Positions 34,711 to 48,400 of a DNA stretch of 64,000 nt are shown piece after piece. Position numbers and translations under genes: made by a program. Below the pieces are notes generated by a model. That model did not search any database and was not told where the DNA came from. It was given only the letters and a program-made list of their open reading frames with translations. The DNA is from Vicugna vicugna (lineage: Eukaryota), in contig MU058257.1 in the NCBI GenBank assembly GCA_013265495.1, forward strand, positions 317,418 to 381,417, read 5' to 3'. The number at the start of each line of letters is the position of its first letter. Positions within the stretch are counted from its first letter, which is position 1.

Positions 34711-37039
34711 ATGCTCAGTCAACACTCTGTATTGTCTCCTCGAATCTCATCCATCCTTTGGCAGATTTCTTTTTAACCACTTATCTGGAGCCCCTAAGGA
34801 CTAGGGAGTAGTAATGAGAGAACAGAGAAGACTCAGGTAAAAGAATGTCCCAAACGCCACCCTTTTGACAAGGCCAGTCTCTGAAAATACAGATCCTCCA
34901 TCACGAATTCCTGTGACACTCCGCTGCCCAGATTCCACGTCCTGTTTCCTTTGGCATCCTTCTCCCTGCGCAGGAACTAGCTGCGATTAGCTCTGAGTGG
35001 TGGAATTTGAAAACCCTAAGGTATAATGGGGCCCTTGTTAAGGATGGGGGTAGAACAAGGTAGTAGAATTCTTCTTTCTGCCAGAGTTCTTTATCGAGAG
35101 CCAACATGCAAAGCCTGGCCGTTGAGGAGACAAGGACAAGCTGTTTCATTTTGTTCTTTTGAACTGGCCACTCACCCAGACCACTCTTGGTATTTGACAT
35201 CAGTGCAGCCCCAGCGTTCCCTCATGTGCATGCAGCAGGTTTGTAGAGACAGATGGCTGGAGTCAGGCTCCATCGGCGGCCATCGCCTGATTGCTGGTCC
35301 TCCTGCCAGAAGGTGTTGGGTGTGTGACCGTCACCATACAAGCCACTCTGCGGCTCCTCTTGTTTTCTGGCTGAAGGGAGAGAGCAGTGCTTTCCTTTTC
35401 TCTGTTGTACAGCTGGGTGTGTGAAAACACACGCACAACCCTCGGAAACTGTGGCTACTGACCTAAAGGGTGAGGGGCTGGATCTGCTGGCTTGGCATCT
35501 GGCTCCCGGCCTACGGAGAGGGCGTCTTATGTGGGTGGAGCATGGGCCCACTGGGATTGCTGTCCCAGCAGCCCGCAGCCCTGACTTGGGGCCTGAGCAG
35601 TGCCCACTACACCCCTCCTCTTGCGCTTCCTCCGTGCCTGTTAGCAAGAACTGCTGATCTGCGTGGGGAGTTGGGGGCCAGGAGGAGCCCCACCCCCGAG
35701 AGCACAGACCCAGGAGCGGGGGGGTCTGTCAGGCCCGTTTGCTAAGGCTCCCTGTTCTGCACTCCTGGGGGTGCGGTAGGAGGCAGGTGGTACCCGTGCG
35801 TGAGGCGCACCTCTGACCTTCGTTCCACTCCAGGTGATCGACTTCTCCAGTCTAGACCAGAGACCGGGGAGAAAGAGGACCAACAGCAGAACTCTGTTTC
35901 ATCCTGTTGAGCTTCATGCTCCGAAACTTTGAACTGCTCATTCCTCCCCAGTAATTTCAGTCTCTTCGGGTAATAAGTAAAACTGTCATGAGATGTCGGC
36001 ACCTCTGCAAAGTCTTAATTTTATGTCAGTTTCTTCCACTGCTGTCACCTTGTAGTTTGCAGCTCCTGGCACTTGGAGTGAGGGCTGTAGCGAGCAGCGC
36101 ACTTCCTAAAGAGCCTGCCTGTCAAAAACAGGCCCAGAGGCAGCAGGGTGTGGCTGGTGGTATTGAATATGTGACTTGTGTTGGTGGAGTGTGTACTGAT
36201 AACCTCGCTTCCTCCTGGAAGCATTTTTATTTGACTCAGTTTACACACCCGCTGACAGCTAAGATACATGTTTGCAGCGTAACGTTGGGAGCAGATGTCT
36301 CAAGTGAGCCCCCGAAGAGCGTAGTCAGAACGTTCCAAGTCTCAGCTGCCGATCTTCCCACTCAAGTTTAACACGAGTGCGCCAGGCCGCAAAGAAATTG
36401 TGCGCAGCTTTGACTTTTGTCGTGTTGGGACTTGAATTGTGTCCCAAGCATGAGTCTCCATGTTCTTAATCCCAGGACTCCTGGGAAGAGGGTGGCTCCT
36501 CTCTTCCACCTGTCCAAGTCACAGTGTCTCATGGTGGAGTTTGCCCAGTGCCCTTCCTACCTTCCCAAGGCCAGTTCAGCTCCTGTGGCTTGAAATGTGC
36601 ATAAAGTGCTTGATAACTAGAACATTTTTTAAAGATTTTATCACTGTCTTTGCACTCATGGCAAAGTGTCCAGATCTAATGAATTGCTCCACCTCTGGTG
36701 AAGAGTTTTACCACAGTTGAGAAGTTTTTCCTCAAAAAAAAAAAAAAAATTGCCCTATACTGCCCTGGAAACCCTACCTCCAAAGCAGGCTGGACTAGTC
36801 AGTCAGGGACCCACGTCAAGGGGGAAGCAGGGGGCCTGGGGTGGGGGCAGGGAGGTGGCCGGGAGAAGGTGCTTTTCCCTTTATCTTCGAGGGCACTCTG
36901 ACCCCAGAGCGGTGCCTGCTTAGGCTGTTCTTGAGTTTTCTGCATCTTTAGCGCGGACTTCCTGAAAGCAGCTGAGAGCGAGGCCTGGAGGTGGGATAAT
37001 GCTGAGCCTGGACAAGAAGGCTGGGCAGCTGGGGCAGAA

Positions 37040-37575
37040 GGGCCCTGCTGGGGCTGAGCTGTTTCCCCCAGAGACATGTGCTGACCTCTAGCCCCTGTGA
37101 CCTGCGAATGCTGACCTCATTTGGAAGTAGGGTCTTTGTGGGTGTAGTAATCAGCTGGGAGGCTAGTAGGGGGAACCCTTAGCTCAATGTGACGGGTGCC
37201 CTTATGAGAAGAGAAGAGACACCAACACGCAGAGGGAAGGGGGTGTGAAGACGCGGGGAGAGGAGGCTGCGGCAGGGGAGGCAGAGATAGGGGTGGTGCT
37301 GCCACAAGCCACGGAGCACCTGGGCCACCAGGAGCCGGGAGAGGCCAGGGAGGACCCTCCTCTGGAGCCTTTGAGGGGTGTGGCCCTGCTAGCACCTGAT
37401 TTCAGACTTCTAGACCCTAGAACTGTGAGAGAACAAGTGTTCACTGTTTTAAGCCACCCAGTTTGTGGCACTTTGGTTTTCTGTTTTTTAACAGAGGGAC
37501 TGGGATTGAACCCAGGACCTCACGCGCTCCACTCCTGCCCACTGCGGCACTCTGTTACGGCAGCCCTAGCAAAGT
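37040..37575 (+). mobile_element. MaLR (MLT1-type) LTR with a short antisense SINE fragment
   Basis: tttggaagtagggtctttg, gccacaagcca, agaactgtgaga, gttacggcagccctagcaaa. Confidence 0.75.
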
Positions 37576-38164
37576 AGTCCCATGAAGACAAAGGAGATGA
37601 TACCAAAAGTAAACTTGATCTGCTGTCTAGTTTGGGTGACAGCTGGCCTGGCTGTGACCCTGGCTTCTGATGGCTGCTATTACGAAACCACCATTGAACC
37701 TTAAGACACTTTTCAGAGATGTGATAAGCACCTGGGCTCAGAAAACGGTTTTTGTGTTTGGCAGGGCCCTTTCAGTCATGTGACTGCGGAGACAGGCTGA
37801 GGAAGGAGTGAGCAGCCCTCCTGAGCCCAAGCTTCCAAACGCCCACGTCAGTGAGAGTCACACTGTCACTTGGGAGGGACAGGTTGATGCCACTCAGTTT
37901 GAATTGGTGATTTGCTTGTACCTTTAACTCAAAGTACATGAATGACACACAGTCGGACACCACTTCTGTTATGGTGTGGCTAATAATGATGTAATCAAGT
38001 CAGCATCGCAGCCTGAAAATGGACTCAGCCCAGGACCCGAATCCACTTCCTCCTCTCGTGGTCAAGCCCAGCAACGCTCCATTGATAACATCACTCCCGG
38101 GAACGGAAGAGACAGAGACCACGCCACTGTTTACAGATCTCGTCCGACCTTACTCAAAATACTT

Positions 38165-40171
38165 CCTGGATACATTTAATGGTGAAGTTAAATGCTTTCC
38201 TCCTCAGATTGGGAACAAGAAAAAAAAGTCATGCAGAACAGGAAATGAAATGTTAAAACTTCTCAGGTGGTTAAGAGCCCATATGTAGAAAATCCCAAGG
38301 AATCTATAAAAAAGCTGCTATACTAGCACGTAAGTTTACATTGGCCCCAGGATACAAGGCCAAGAGACAAATACGCACTGTATTTCTAAATACTAGCAAG
38401 TATATAGGATAATTATTGGAAATTAAGTTAAAAAACCCATTTATGACACCATCAAAACTATTTAGAAATAGATAAAATATGCATATAACCTGTACGCTGA
38501 AACTACTAAATGTTGTTGAGAAAAATTAATGAAGACTTAAATGTATGGATAAATGTATTATATTCATAGAGAGAAAACCTTAATATTATCAATTAAACCC
38601 AATCCCAATAAAAATTTCAGCAGAGTTTTTGGGGTAGAAATTGATAAGCTGATTCTAAAATTTACATTCAAATGCAAAGGACCTAGAATTACCAAAACAG
38701 ATTTTAAAAGAAGAACAAAGTTGGAGGACTAATATTATCTGATTCCAAGTCTTACAGCTATAGTAATTAACACAGCATGGTATTGGCATAAGGACTGACA
38801 CACAGATTAACAGAACTAAGTCCAGAAATAGACCCCAAAATGTATGGTCAACTGATTTTTGACGAAAGAGTGAAAATAATCCAATGAGGAAAATGTAATC
38901 TTTTCACTGAACGGTGCCATAGCAACTGAACATCCATTTGGAAAACAATGACCCTCAACCCTTACCTCACAGCTTCTAGAGAAATCAATCTGAAATTCAC
39001 CACAGACCTAACTGTAAAAGCTAAAACTATATTTAAAAATTCTATAAGAAAACCTTCTGATCTTAAGGCAGATAAAGATTTCGCTAGAACACAAAACATG
39101 AACCATAAAAGAAAGTGACAAAATGGACTTCATCAGGATGAAAAAAAAGCTCTGAAAGACACTGTTAAAAAAAAATGAAAAAGCCAGCCACTAACTGGGA
39201 GAAAATATCACACATATATCTGCAAAACACTTGTATCCAGAGCACAGAAAGAATTCTTACAACTCAACTCAATAAATAAGTAAATAGATATGTCACCAAA
39301 AAAGGTATACAAATGGCCAACTGCACCGGAAGAGATGTTATGGGGGAAATGTAAAATTAAAATCACAATGAGTTACCACCATACACCTATCAGAATGGAC
39401 AAAACTAAAAAGACCGACAATATCAACTGCTGGTGAGGATACAGAGCAAATGCAACTCTTATGCATTATTAGTGGGTGTGTAAAATGGTACTACTTTGGA
39501 AAATAGTTTAGCAGTTTCTTATGAGGTTAAATACACACTTACCAGAAATTCCACTCTTAGATACTTACCTAACAGAAACGAAAACATATTCACAGGAAAA
39601 CTATACCTGAATAATGCTAACGGCTTTATTCATAACAACCCCAAACTGGAAACAACCCAAATGTCCATCCACAAGTGAATCCATAAATTGTGACATACCC
39701 ATACAGTGAAATGTGCAACAATAAAAATAAACTGCAGACAAAGGCAACAGTATGGATGTTTGTCAAAATATGCTTAGTGTGGAGGGTGGTATAGCTACTG
39801 AGTGCATGCTTAGCATGCACAAGGACCTAGGTTCAAGCCCCAGTACCTCCACTAAAAATACACACACACACACACGCGCGCGCTGAGTGAAAGATGTTCA
39901 AGTGTACATTCTGCGTGATTCTGAAACCGTGAAAGACAAACCTAAACTATAATGATAGAAAACAGACCAGTGATGGACGGGACCAGGGGGTGTGGACTGA
40001 CTGAGAAGTGGGAAAGGCAATCTTCCAGAGAGACAGAGATGTCCTCTCTCTTGCTTGTCGTGGTGGTTACATGGGTGCATATAGTCATCAAAATTTTACT
40101 GAGTCATCCACTTAAGATGTGTACCTTTCACTATGTGAAATTTAGACTTTAATAAAGTTGACTTAAAAAAA
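38165..40171 (+). mobile_element. Old L1 (ORF2 3' part and 3'UTR), with a SINE at ~39780-39860
   Basis: Decayed ORF2 sequence, ending AATAAAgttgactt plus A run. Confidence 0.88.
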
Positions 40172-40314
40172 ATCCCAACAGAGAAGTCTTCCCCAAGCAA
40201 CATTACCACAGCCTTGGTTACAGTCCTGGTTTCAACCCATATTTTCAATCCCTTAATTTTCTAATCTGCAAAGTGGGGACGCTCCCGATCTGCCTGGTTT
40301 TAGAAAATGTTATA

Positions 40315-40900
40315 CCGTTGCTCCTTATTTGTGGATTCCTTGTTTGTGCACTCACCTAATTGCTAAAATTTATAAGTCCAAAAGCAACACCATGGTGCTT
40401 CTGTGGTCACTCTGGACACGCACGTGTGCAGACCAATGAGAAGCTGAAGCTGTCCTGGCTGAGGTCAAACGAAGCAGTGCTCTTGCTGCTTTCCGCTCTG
40501 ACACTGGAAACAGTTGTCCTTTTTGTGCTGTGTTCCTCACATTTTCATGCTTTTTTGGATGCTTTTGCTGTTTCAAATGGCCCTCACGTGTCGTGTTGAA
40601 GTGCTATATAGCCTCCTAAGGATGTGCCACACAGAGAAAACATGCATGCTGAGATCAGCTTTGTACAGTCATGAGTCACAGTGAGTTCCATGTTAAAGAA
40701 TCAACAATACATATTAAAGAGAGTGTCTTTCTGCAGAAACACACACAATATAAAGTGATGCATTGATCCAGTGAAGAAAATGTGACCTGAGGCTTGCAGG
40801 AACCGCACCCTGTATTTCCACTGGGAGCAGAGATTGAGTCTCTGCTGGTTAAGCTGGTGGCGTTATGAAACACAGTCAATGTGAATAACAAAAATTCACT
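40315..40900 (+). mobile_element. TcMar-Tigger non-autonomous DNA transposon (MER82-like)
   Basis: Degenerate terminal inverted repeats with TA at the left end; the internal sequence matches my recollection of MER82 (gctgaggtcaaac, gttaaagaatcaacaata, ggaaccgcaccctgtatttcc). Confidence 0.75.
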
Positions 40901-43900
40901 GCATATATATTTCTAGTTCTTTTGTTCCTTTCTCTGGTGAAATGGCTTTGAGTTTTCACCACCTCCATTACCGTTGTCTTTGCTCCAAAACGCAGGGCCG
41001 TTTTGCTGGATACCTGGCCTGACCGTGCAGACGTGGCAGGCCACCTACCCGTCTTGATCTGGATAGTCCAGCTGTGCGGCTATATTCTTGGCTCCCTTTG
41101 ATTTTCAAAAATTCCACAGCCTTTTCATAAACTGTTGTCAACCTAACCCAAGTGATTTCTTTCACTTTTGTGCCTCTCTGTTATTTTCTTTAGATACATC
41201 ACCCCTTCTTCCCTCAGTACTGGCAAATATAGAATTCCACTTTGGGGCCAGTCATCCTTGTGAGCGGTGCTGTTTCCACGTCTCCTCCCATGGCCCCAGA
41301 GATGTCTCTTTTGCCTGCAGAGGCCGTGATGATGGGCTGCTATCAGACACACTTGGGCAGACAGATTTACTCTCCTGATTTTTAGAAACTAATGTTGTCA
41401 GACACATTTAAATCTGTTATAAATATCAAACTTTACTTCTATCATCATCTTTTATACAAAAACCCAATTCATGCTATCTCTTCCTGTCAACTCTGCTATA
41501 CATCCACTTGTAATGGTTTTAAAAGTTGAAAACTGCAAAAATTTTGGAAGTTGAAGCTTTTAATGTTTTAAGTTCCCTCTGGGGATGCTTCCACATCTAT
41601 CTAAATTAGTTCAGTTTTCCTTTTATTGTTTGGAACGGGAAACATTTTATTTTAACAAAACTCAAGAGAAAGATGATTTTCTTCAAAAAGCCACTTATTT
41701 CCTCTAAATAGAAAAAGGCATAGGAAAAAAAAATCTATTGTGAAGATCTGAACATTGTGACCAACCATGAAGGACAAGGCCAGTTTTTGTGTGCTGACCT
41801 TTTCTGATGGCCTGTGATCATACAATAAGGCATTATACACTACACATTATACATATGTTGCCAAAGACAGTGTAAGACAAAATTAAACACATACTTCGGA
41901 TGTATATGAAAGCATTTAATACACACCGAAAAAGTCGGCAGGGTAAAGACTGGTCTCACAGTGAATCATACTTTCAAAGCAAACAGTTAGTTCCCTTCCA
42001 GTCCACCCACCCTGTCTCATATCCCTGAGTATGCTAACAACACACACACACACACACACACGGCACCCCCAATAATAGCCCCCCAACATCTAGAGTAACT
42101 GAGAAGTAACTTGATTATATTTTTTTATTATTTAAAATTCAATTTAAAAACAGGAGGACATCCAGATTCAGCTCACCATCAACCTTTGTAAGAACACTAC
42201 TGCACGACTCACATACAATATGCCAGTGAACATGGACTCTGACGACACCCTTGGCTCAAGCAAGAACTTGTTTCTTACATAGGCAGGGGCTCCTCAAAGA
42301 GCAACCTGGAATTCAATTTCCGGGCAGCTGCTCAGTTGTAACCTCCATCAAATACATAGCTCCGTCGTATGTTTATAGGACAAACACACCTACTCTAAAT
42401 AAGCCATTAAAAATATCAGAGTTTCAAGTGCTTTTGGTTCTTTTTGAGAGTTAAACACTTTATTCTCTCCTTTGTTAGTAAAGGAAAAGAACCAAACACA
42501 CACCTCCTGGAAAGTGAAATACTCCTAAAATACAGTTATTAGGGTGTGACCTTGGGGGAACACGAGCATCAGACACGGCACCTTCTGCTCACATTGAGCA
42601 GAATTTGATGAACTCTAAGGAACGTGAAATTTGTTTCTGGCTCTTAAAAACCTAAATCAACTCTCTCTCATGGCCACCTCCTGTAAGTGTTATGTTCCTA
42701 CTGTAATACCATCTCGGGGGAAATCTAAATTATTTCTAGGTAGAGTTTAAATCCCAATATGATGATCCTACCAGGTTACCCAACCTTTAGGTGTATCAGC
42801 ATTCACCTGGGTCATGTGGTATTTGGAAAAATCAGGTTGCTCAGGTAGAGGAATCTCCTAAGTGGAATTTTTTGGTGGTAGCCTGTATGAGGTTCTATCA
42901 TTCTTTTTCTTTTAGCAATTCAAAAAACACTTATTAAGTTCTTGGTATTCACAATTTTTAAAACCCCTCCATCCACCCAACATTCACTGAGCACTAGTAG
43001 GGCAGCACTCTGTCTGGTGCCTGGAAATCAAACCACACTAAAGTACACAAGCTCGCAGGTGCCATGGATAAACCCACCCCAGTGTGTTTCCTGCCAGAGC
43101 AACATTCCAAACACAGCAACAGCCTGGAGGAGGGAGCGTCGACTGCTACCAGAGACACTGAGCAGGGATCACAGAGAAGCTCCAGCTGCTTATCTTGTTT
43201 ACCTTTTCACTTTTCATCAGGACATTTTACAACAAATGCAAAAATATAGAAATGAGTACGAGTCTCCACATAGCCATGACCCAGCTTTAACAATTAGTGA
43301 CTTGGCCACTTTTGATTCATCAATACCCCCACGCGTTGCCCTCCATCCTTCTGTTGTATTTTCAAAGTCAATTCTAGACATTTTTATCATTTCACCCATA
43401 AATACTGAGCTGCATTTGAAGAAGGACCTGGAATAGATCTTCCATGAGTAACATCCTTCTCCCCAACTATTCTCCTGCCAGTGACCCTCCCAGACTTATA
43501 TACCCCGATTCCTGTGGGTGACTCCAAATCTTTGGCTGGTTCAGGGCAAAGACCCAAGACTTCATGGGTGCCTTTGAGATGGCTGAAAGCCACGAAGGAG
43601 CTGATCCAGTGAAACCCCATCCTGCCTCACCTGGAATGCTGACCACGTTCTCTGGCCTTTGGTCCTCATAAAACTGCTAATTCTTCAGAAGCTTATTGAG
43701 CACCTAATGCGTGTACAAAATAGTGGTTACATTCCACATTCCTGTGTGCCCTTAGCAACCTCCCGGGGAACCTCAGGCGGTAAGAGGCTTATCCTGAGGG
43801 CCGAGCTGCCCCAGAGTTGCTTCCTGTAGCCACCTTGATCATCCCTGGGTGGGGAGACCGGTGCATCTGAACATCTGGCCTGTCTGCCTTCCACCCCTTC

Positions 43901-45384
43901 AGCGTTTCAACATCCACGCATTAGTTACCCAACCCAGGACGTTATCCTGGACTCCTTGTCCTGCACAATTCTGCCTGTCCTTTAAGGCCACCCACCACTG
44001 TCTATCTCCATCACCACCCTTCCATCCAGGTCACCATTCCCTTCCCTCAAGTGCTGCGATATTTAAGAATCATTCTGCCTTTAGCAGCCCTACCGCCCAC
44101 CTCATTCTCCATGCAGCGACTGAGTGATCTTTACAAACACCTAGAGTCAAGACCCACATCCTCACCACACCCAAGGAGGCCCTGCAAAGTTTAAGGCCGG
44201 CCGTGTGCCTCTCCAGCCTCACCACCAACACCTCCTCGCCAGCCCCCAACCAAAAAGCTCCTTTCAGAAAGAATTTGCTTTTTGGGTCTCTGTGCTCTTA
44301 TCTGGGAAGCACCTTTTCTCTGCACCTGCTGTGCCCTTGCACACAGACGCCATCTCACTCGCGTCCATGCCACTGAGAAGTCACCTTCTCCATTTAGCAG
44401 ACAGGGAGGATGGGCGCCTCACTCACAGCAACAGAGTTAGTGCGCCAAAGACCAGGGGCCACGGGAGTAACCTGCCTGCCTGTCACCCTCCATCGGGGAA
44501 GCAGTCCCAGATCTACAACTCTTAGTGTGTATAATGAAGCATATCTGCTCATCCCAAACTCCATGGGATTCTGTCTTTGTGGGATATTTCTGTTTTCAAT
44601 CAGGCTTCAACAGCTTCTCAAATTTTGCATTTGTTTTGGTTAGAGGTTTCAAAGTTTTCTCAAGCCATATTTTAAAATGCTAAGAATTGTTAAGTATTCC
44701 ATCAGAGCTCCACAACATTGTGAGGGCACAGAGAGCCATACAGACATCAACTGAAATGCCAAGTGGTTCAGCGACATGATTTCGAAGAACAAGATAAAGG
44801 TAACAGCAGAACCTGGCCTTTAATATCAAAGCAGCACGACTATGTCAAGGGCGATATGCGTGATTTTCTAGATGGCAAAAAAATCACATTATTTGTAGAC
44901 TTTGTGTGCTCAAAAATACCTTCATGATCATTTGGTACAACCTTCCTCATTTGACAGACAAGGAAACCGAAGCCCACAAGTTAAGCAAGTTACTTGAGCT
45001 AAATTAATTCTTTTGCCTCTGGGTGTCCGCAGAAATAACAGCACATTATTGTGACAAAACTTTGACACTGAATACTCTGTAATCCAAAAGACAGAGAAAC
45101 ACAACTCTTGATATACCTTCCAGTTTTGGGGCATAAAAATTGTGTGAATTTTGCCATCCATTGTGAGAGCAGGGAAGACAATGATATCTTGATTTTCCAC
45201 TTAAAGGTCAGTGTTAAATTTGGCATTAAATCAACACAACAGAGGAAGGAGGCAAAGTTGCAGGCTTAACAAGTATTTGCTTTGACTATGTCAATCAGGA
45301 ACACAGGCAATTCAGACCCAATACTCAGCTTTTCCAGAACCACAGGAAGCAATGGAGGCTGTGGGTACCTGTTTGAAGTCAGGG

Positions 45385-45468
45385 CTACTTCAGGCTGTTC
45401 AGAAACTTGGCATGTTCTTCTCCTCTCGGGAGCAGGGTTTCTCCTCCTATCTTTGGACCTGTCTTTTC
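45385..45468 (-). CDS. MCM10: MCM10 last coding exon
   Basis: EKTGPKIGGETLLPRGEEHAKFLNSLK, then TAG. Confidence 0.95.
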   Translation of the reverse strand, partial: EKTGPKIGGETLLPRGEEHAKFLNSLK

Positions 45469-48400
45469 CTAGAAAAGTGAAAATAGTTTAATAAGAAATA
45501 GGTCAACATTATTTGCTTGGGTCTCTAAAATCAATCACCTTGCAAATGACATACCTTTAACATTCCATCCCGTTCCCATTTGAAGAGGCCACAGTTACTG
45601 AAACAGAAAAGATAGGATTTACTCAGCAGTGAGTTTATGGGACCACACAGATAAAGAAAATGGTGCTCTCTGCACTTGGGGGAAGAGCTCCCCTATTTAA
45701 GCAGAAGCTGATCAAGGGACATTCATATTACAGGCTATGCTTTATTGCTACTAAAAATACACACTCTGATGATTTGAGAAGTGCACTTCAACTCTGTAAT
45801 AAGCTAGATACTTCAGAGAAGGAATTCCAATGGGAGGGTAACAGGGCTGTGCACACTGCAGGTAATGCATGCAAGCATGGTTTCTATTTTTTTTTTAATT
45901 TTTTGGGGGGGAGGGAAATAATTAATTAATTAATTTTTAGAGGAGGTACTGGGTACTGAACCCAGGACCGTGTGCATGCTAGGCATGCACTTTACCACTT
46001 GAGCTATACCCTCTCCCACAAGCATGGTTCTTATTGATGGTCACTGGGGTGACCCTTGGATTGAGAAAGCTTGCCTACAGCCATGTGTAGCCCACGGCTT
46101 GCCCCTTTCTCCTTCTTTGGAACTGAAAGGTTGTAATAAGAAAGGATTACTCTTCCTTCTAGTTTGGACAATCCTTCCCCCCTTTTCAGTAGTGAGAACA
46201 GGGAAGTCTATGATATCCTGATTTTCCACTTAAAGGTCAATATCAAATTTGGTGTTAAACCAACACAACAGGAAGGAAATCTTTTTGAAACCCAAAGATT
46301 TCACTTTCTTATTAGTCAAAGAGCCTAGAGACTCTTATTCCCATAGGTGAGCCCAATCCTGAGAAAGCATGGGGATACTATGGGGAAAGCTTATTTTGTA
46401 CAAAGTTTACTCTGGGGAAGAGAGAGGGAAACAGAAAAGAAATACAGTGACGTCCTGAGAATCTGTCTCCCAGCACAGCTGGGTCTGAGACGGTCTGGGG
46501 CCAGGGGGCTGCCCCACCAGCCGCATCCTTCCTCCCTCTCTGGCTTAGAAGCCACTCCTGCCCGAGCGTCAGCGTCAGCACTAACGGCCTTAGGCTCCGA
46601 GCCTCTCCCTGGCTAGAGACCAGTTCAACATCTATGGAGAGAACTCTCACAGCCTCCTACCAGACCAGTGATGATACTATGTACACAACTCACTGTAGGG
46701 GCCAGTAGCTGTCCAGCCTGCCACGCCCATTTGTGTATTACCTACCGACTGCAAAGCTGAGTAGCTGTGAAACAGACCACAGGGCCTGCAAGGCCTAATG
46801 TATCTACTCTCTGGTTTTATACAGAAAAAGTGCCCACTTCTGCTCTAGAGCAAGAATCGCTGAGAGAAACCAGAGGAAGCAGATGTTCTTGACAAAATAA
46901 TAGTGCCACTTGGAGACTGAAAGGCATCGTGCTCTTCCATTTGAGTTCTTCTTACCACTTGTCCTCAAGGAACATATTTCTCTGCTCTCAAATGTTTTAC
47001 ATAAGCTCTTGCTGTTGGAAGCCAGGTATCAATATACAAATGGCTACTTAAAACTATTCTCATCTGGACTGTGAAAAAGTTCACAAGCCAGCTCCTGATC
47101 AGGTGGTGAACTAGCATGGGGCCATGTCCCCCCACCCCCACCTCAAACTGGCTCTGGAGGAACTTTAAGTGAGGCTGAAGTTTGGGCTCCTGGAAATAAA
47201 TAACAACCACAATGAAATGAGCGAACAAAAAGGTAGTGAGAATGTTCTGCTGAGACCTTCTTGGGAAGACTAGGGGTGATTTTGAAATTGCCTCAAATTC
47301 CAAATTCAATTTCCAAATTCCAAATTCAACACCGTACAAATTATGTCCTTCAAGAATAACGCAATGAAGTTAGAAATTAATAACAAAAAAAAAAGAAAAG
47401 AAAAAAAAAAGTTAATCCTATATATCTGAAAATTAAAACAATATTACTAATTCTTGGGTGAAAAAGGAAATCATCTAGTATGTTAAAAAATGTTTTTTTT
47501 TAAGTAAAAGTAGATTTATTTATAGAGACGTACACTCCAAAGACAGTGCAGGCCGTCTCAGAAGGCAAGAGAAAGGATAAGAGGTGCGGGGCTGGGTGTT
47601 CAGATTAAAGAAAAAGTAGATACACACTCCATAGACAGAGTGCAGGCCATCTCAGAAAGTGAAAGGCGTTAAGAGGCCCAGGATGTTAAAGAATACTTTT
47701 AACTACATCAAACTTTGCAGCCTGAGTTTAAGCTTTAAACTCCTTTATTCTGAAGAAGTACAGAAAAGGGTAGAAAGCAAACCCAAAGAAATGAGAAGGG
47801 CAGAAAGATAAGGGCAGAAATCAATAAAACATGAAGAAAATCAATAAACACTTAGAAAACCAAAAGATGGTTTTCTGAAAAGGTTAACGGAATCAAGAGA
47901 TTTCTGTTAAGGTTGATCTTGAAAAAGAAAAGAAAAAAAAGAACAAAATATAGTAAATACCCATTAATAAAAATTAGCAACTAATAGACTGAAAAAAAGT
48001 ATATTAGGGACAACTAAATGTTAATAAATTTGACAAACTAAGTGAAATGGATTCCTAGAAAAATATAAAATGCTGAAACTGGCAGAAGAGAGACCATGAA
48101 ATCGATAATCAAAGCCACCTCCCCCCTCAAAAACAGGGCCTAAATAATTTTATGGCTGAGATTCATTAAACTTTCAAGAAATAATTGCTATTTAATATAA
48201 ATTACTTCAGAAAGCTGCCTGATTCATTTTATAAGGCTCATATATCTTGGTTCCAAAACCAGGTTAAGTCTATACAAGAAAAAAAGGTCAAATTTACTTA
48301 TGAAGATAGGTAAAAAATTCACATATAAAATATTAGCTAACTGACTATACCAGTGTACTAATATTAAAAAATCATGAAGAGAAGTAGGGTTAACCAAGGA

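Noticed and set aside
40940..41400. Possible second retrocopy or unannotated exon
   Set aside because: No recognisable protein, TSD or poly(A).
41400..45384. MCM10 polyadenylation site
   Set aside because: Several minus-strand candidate hexamers (~44819, 42459, 42124, 41622) cannot be ranked without transcript data.
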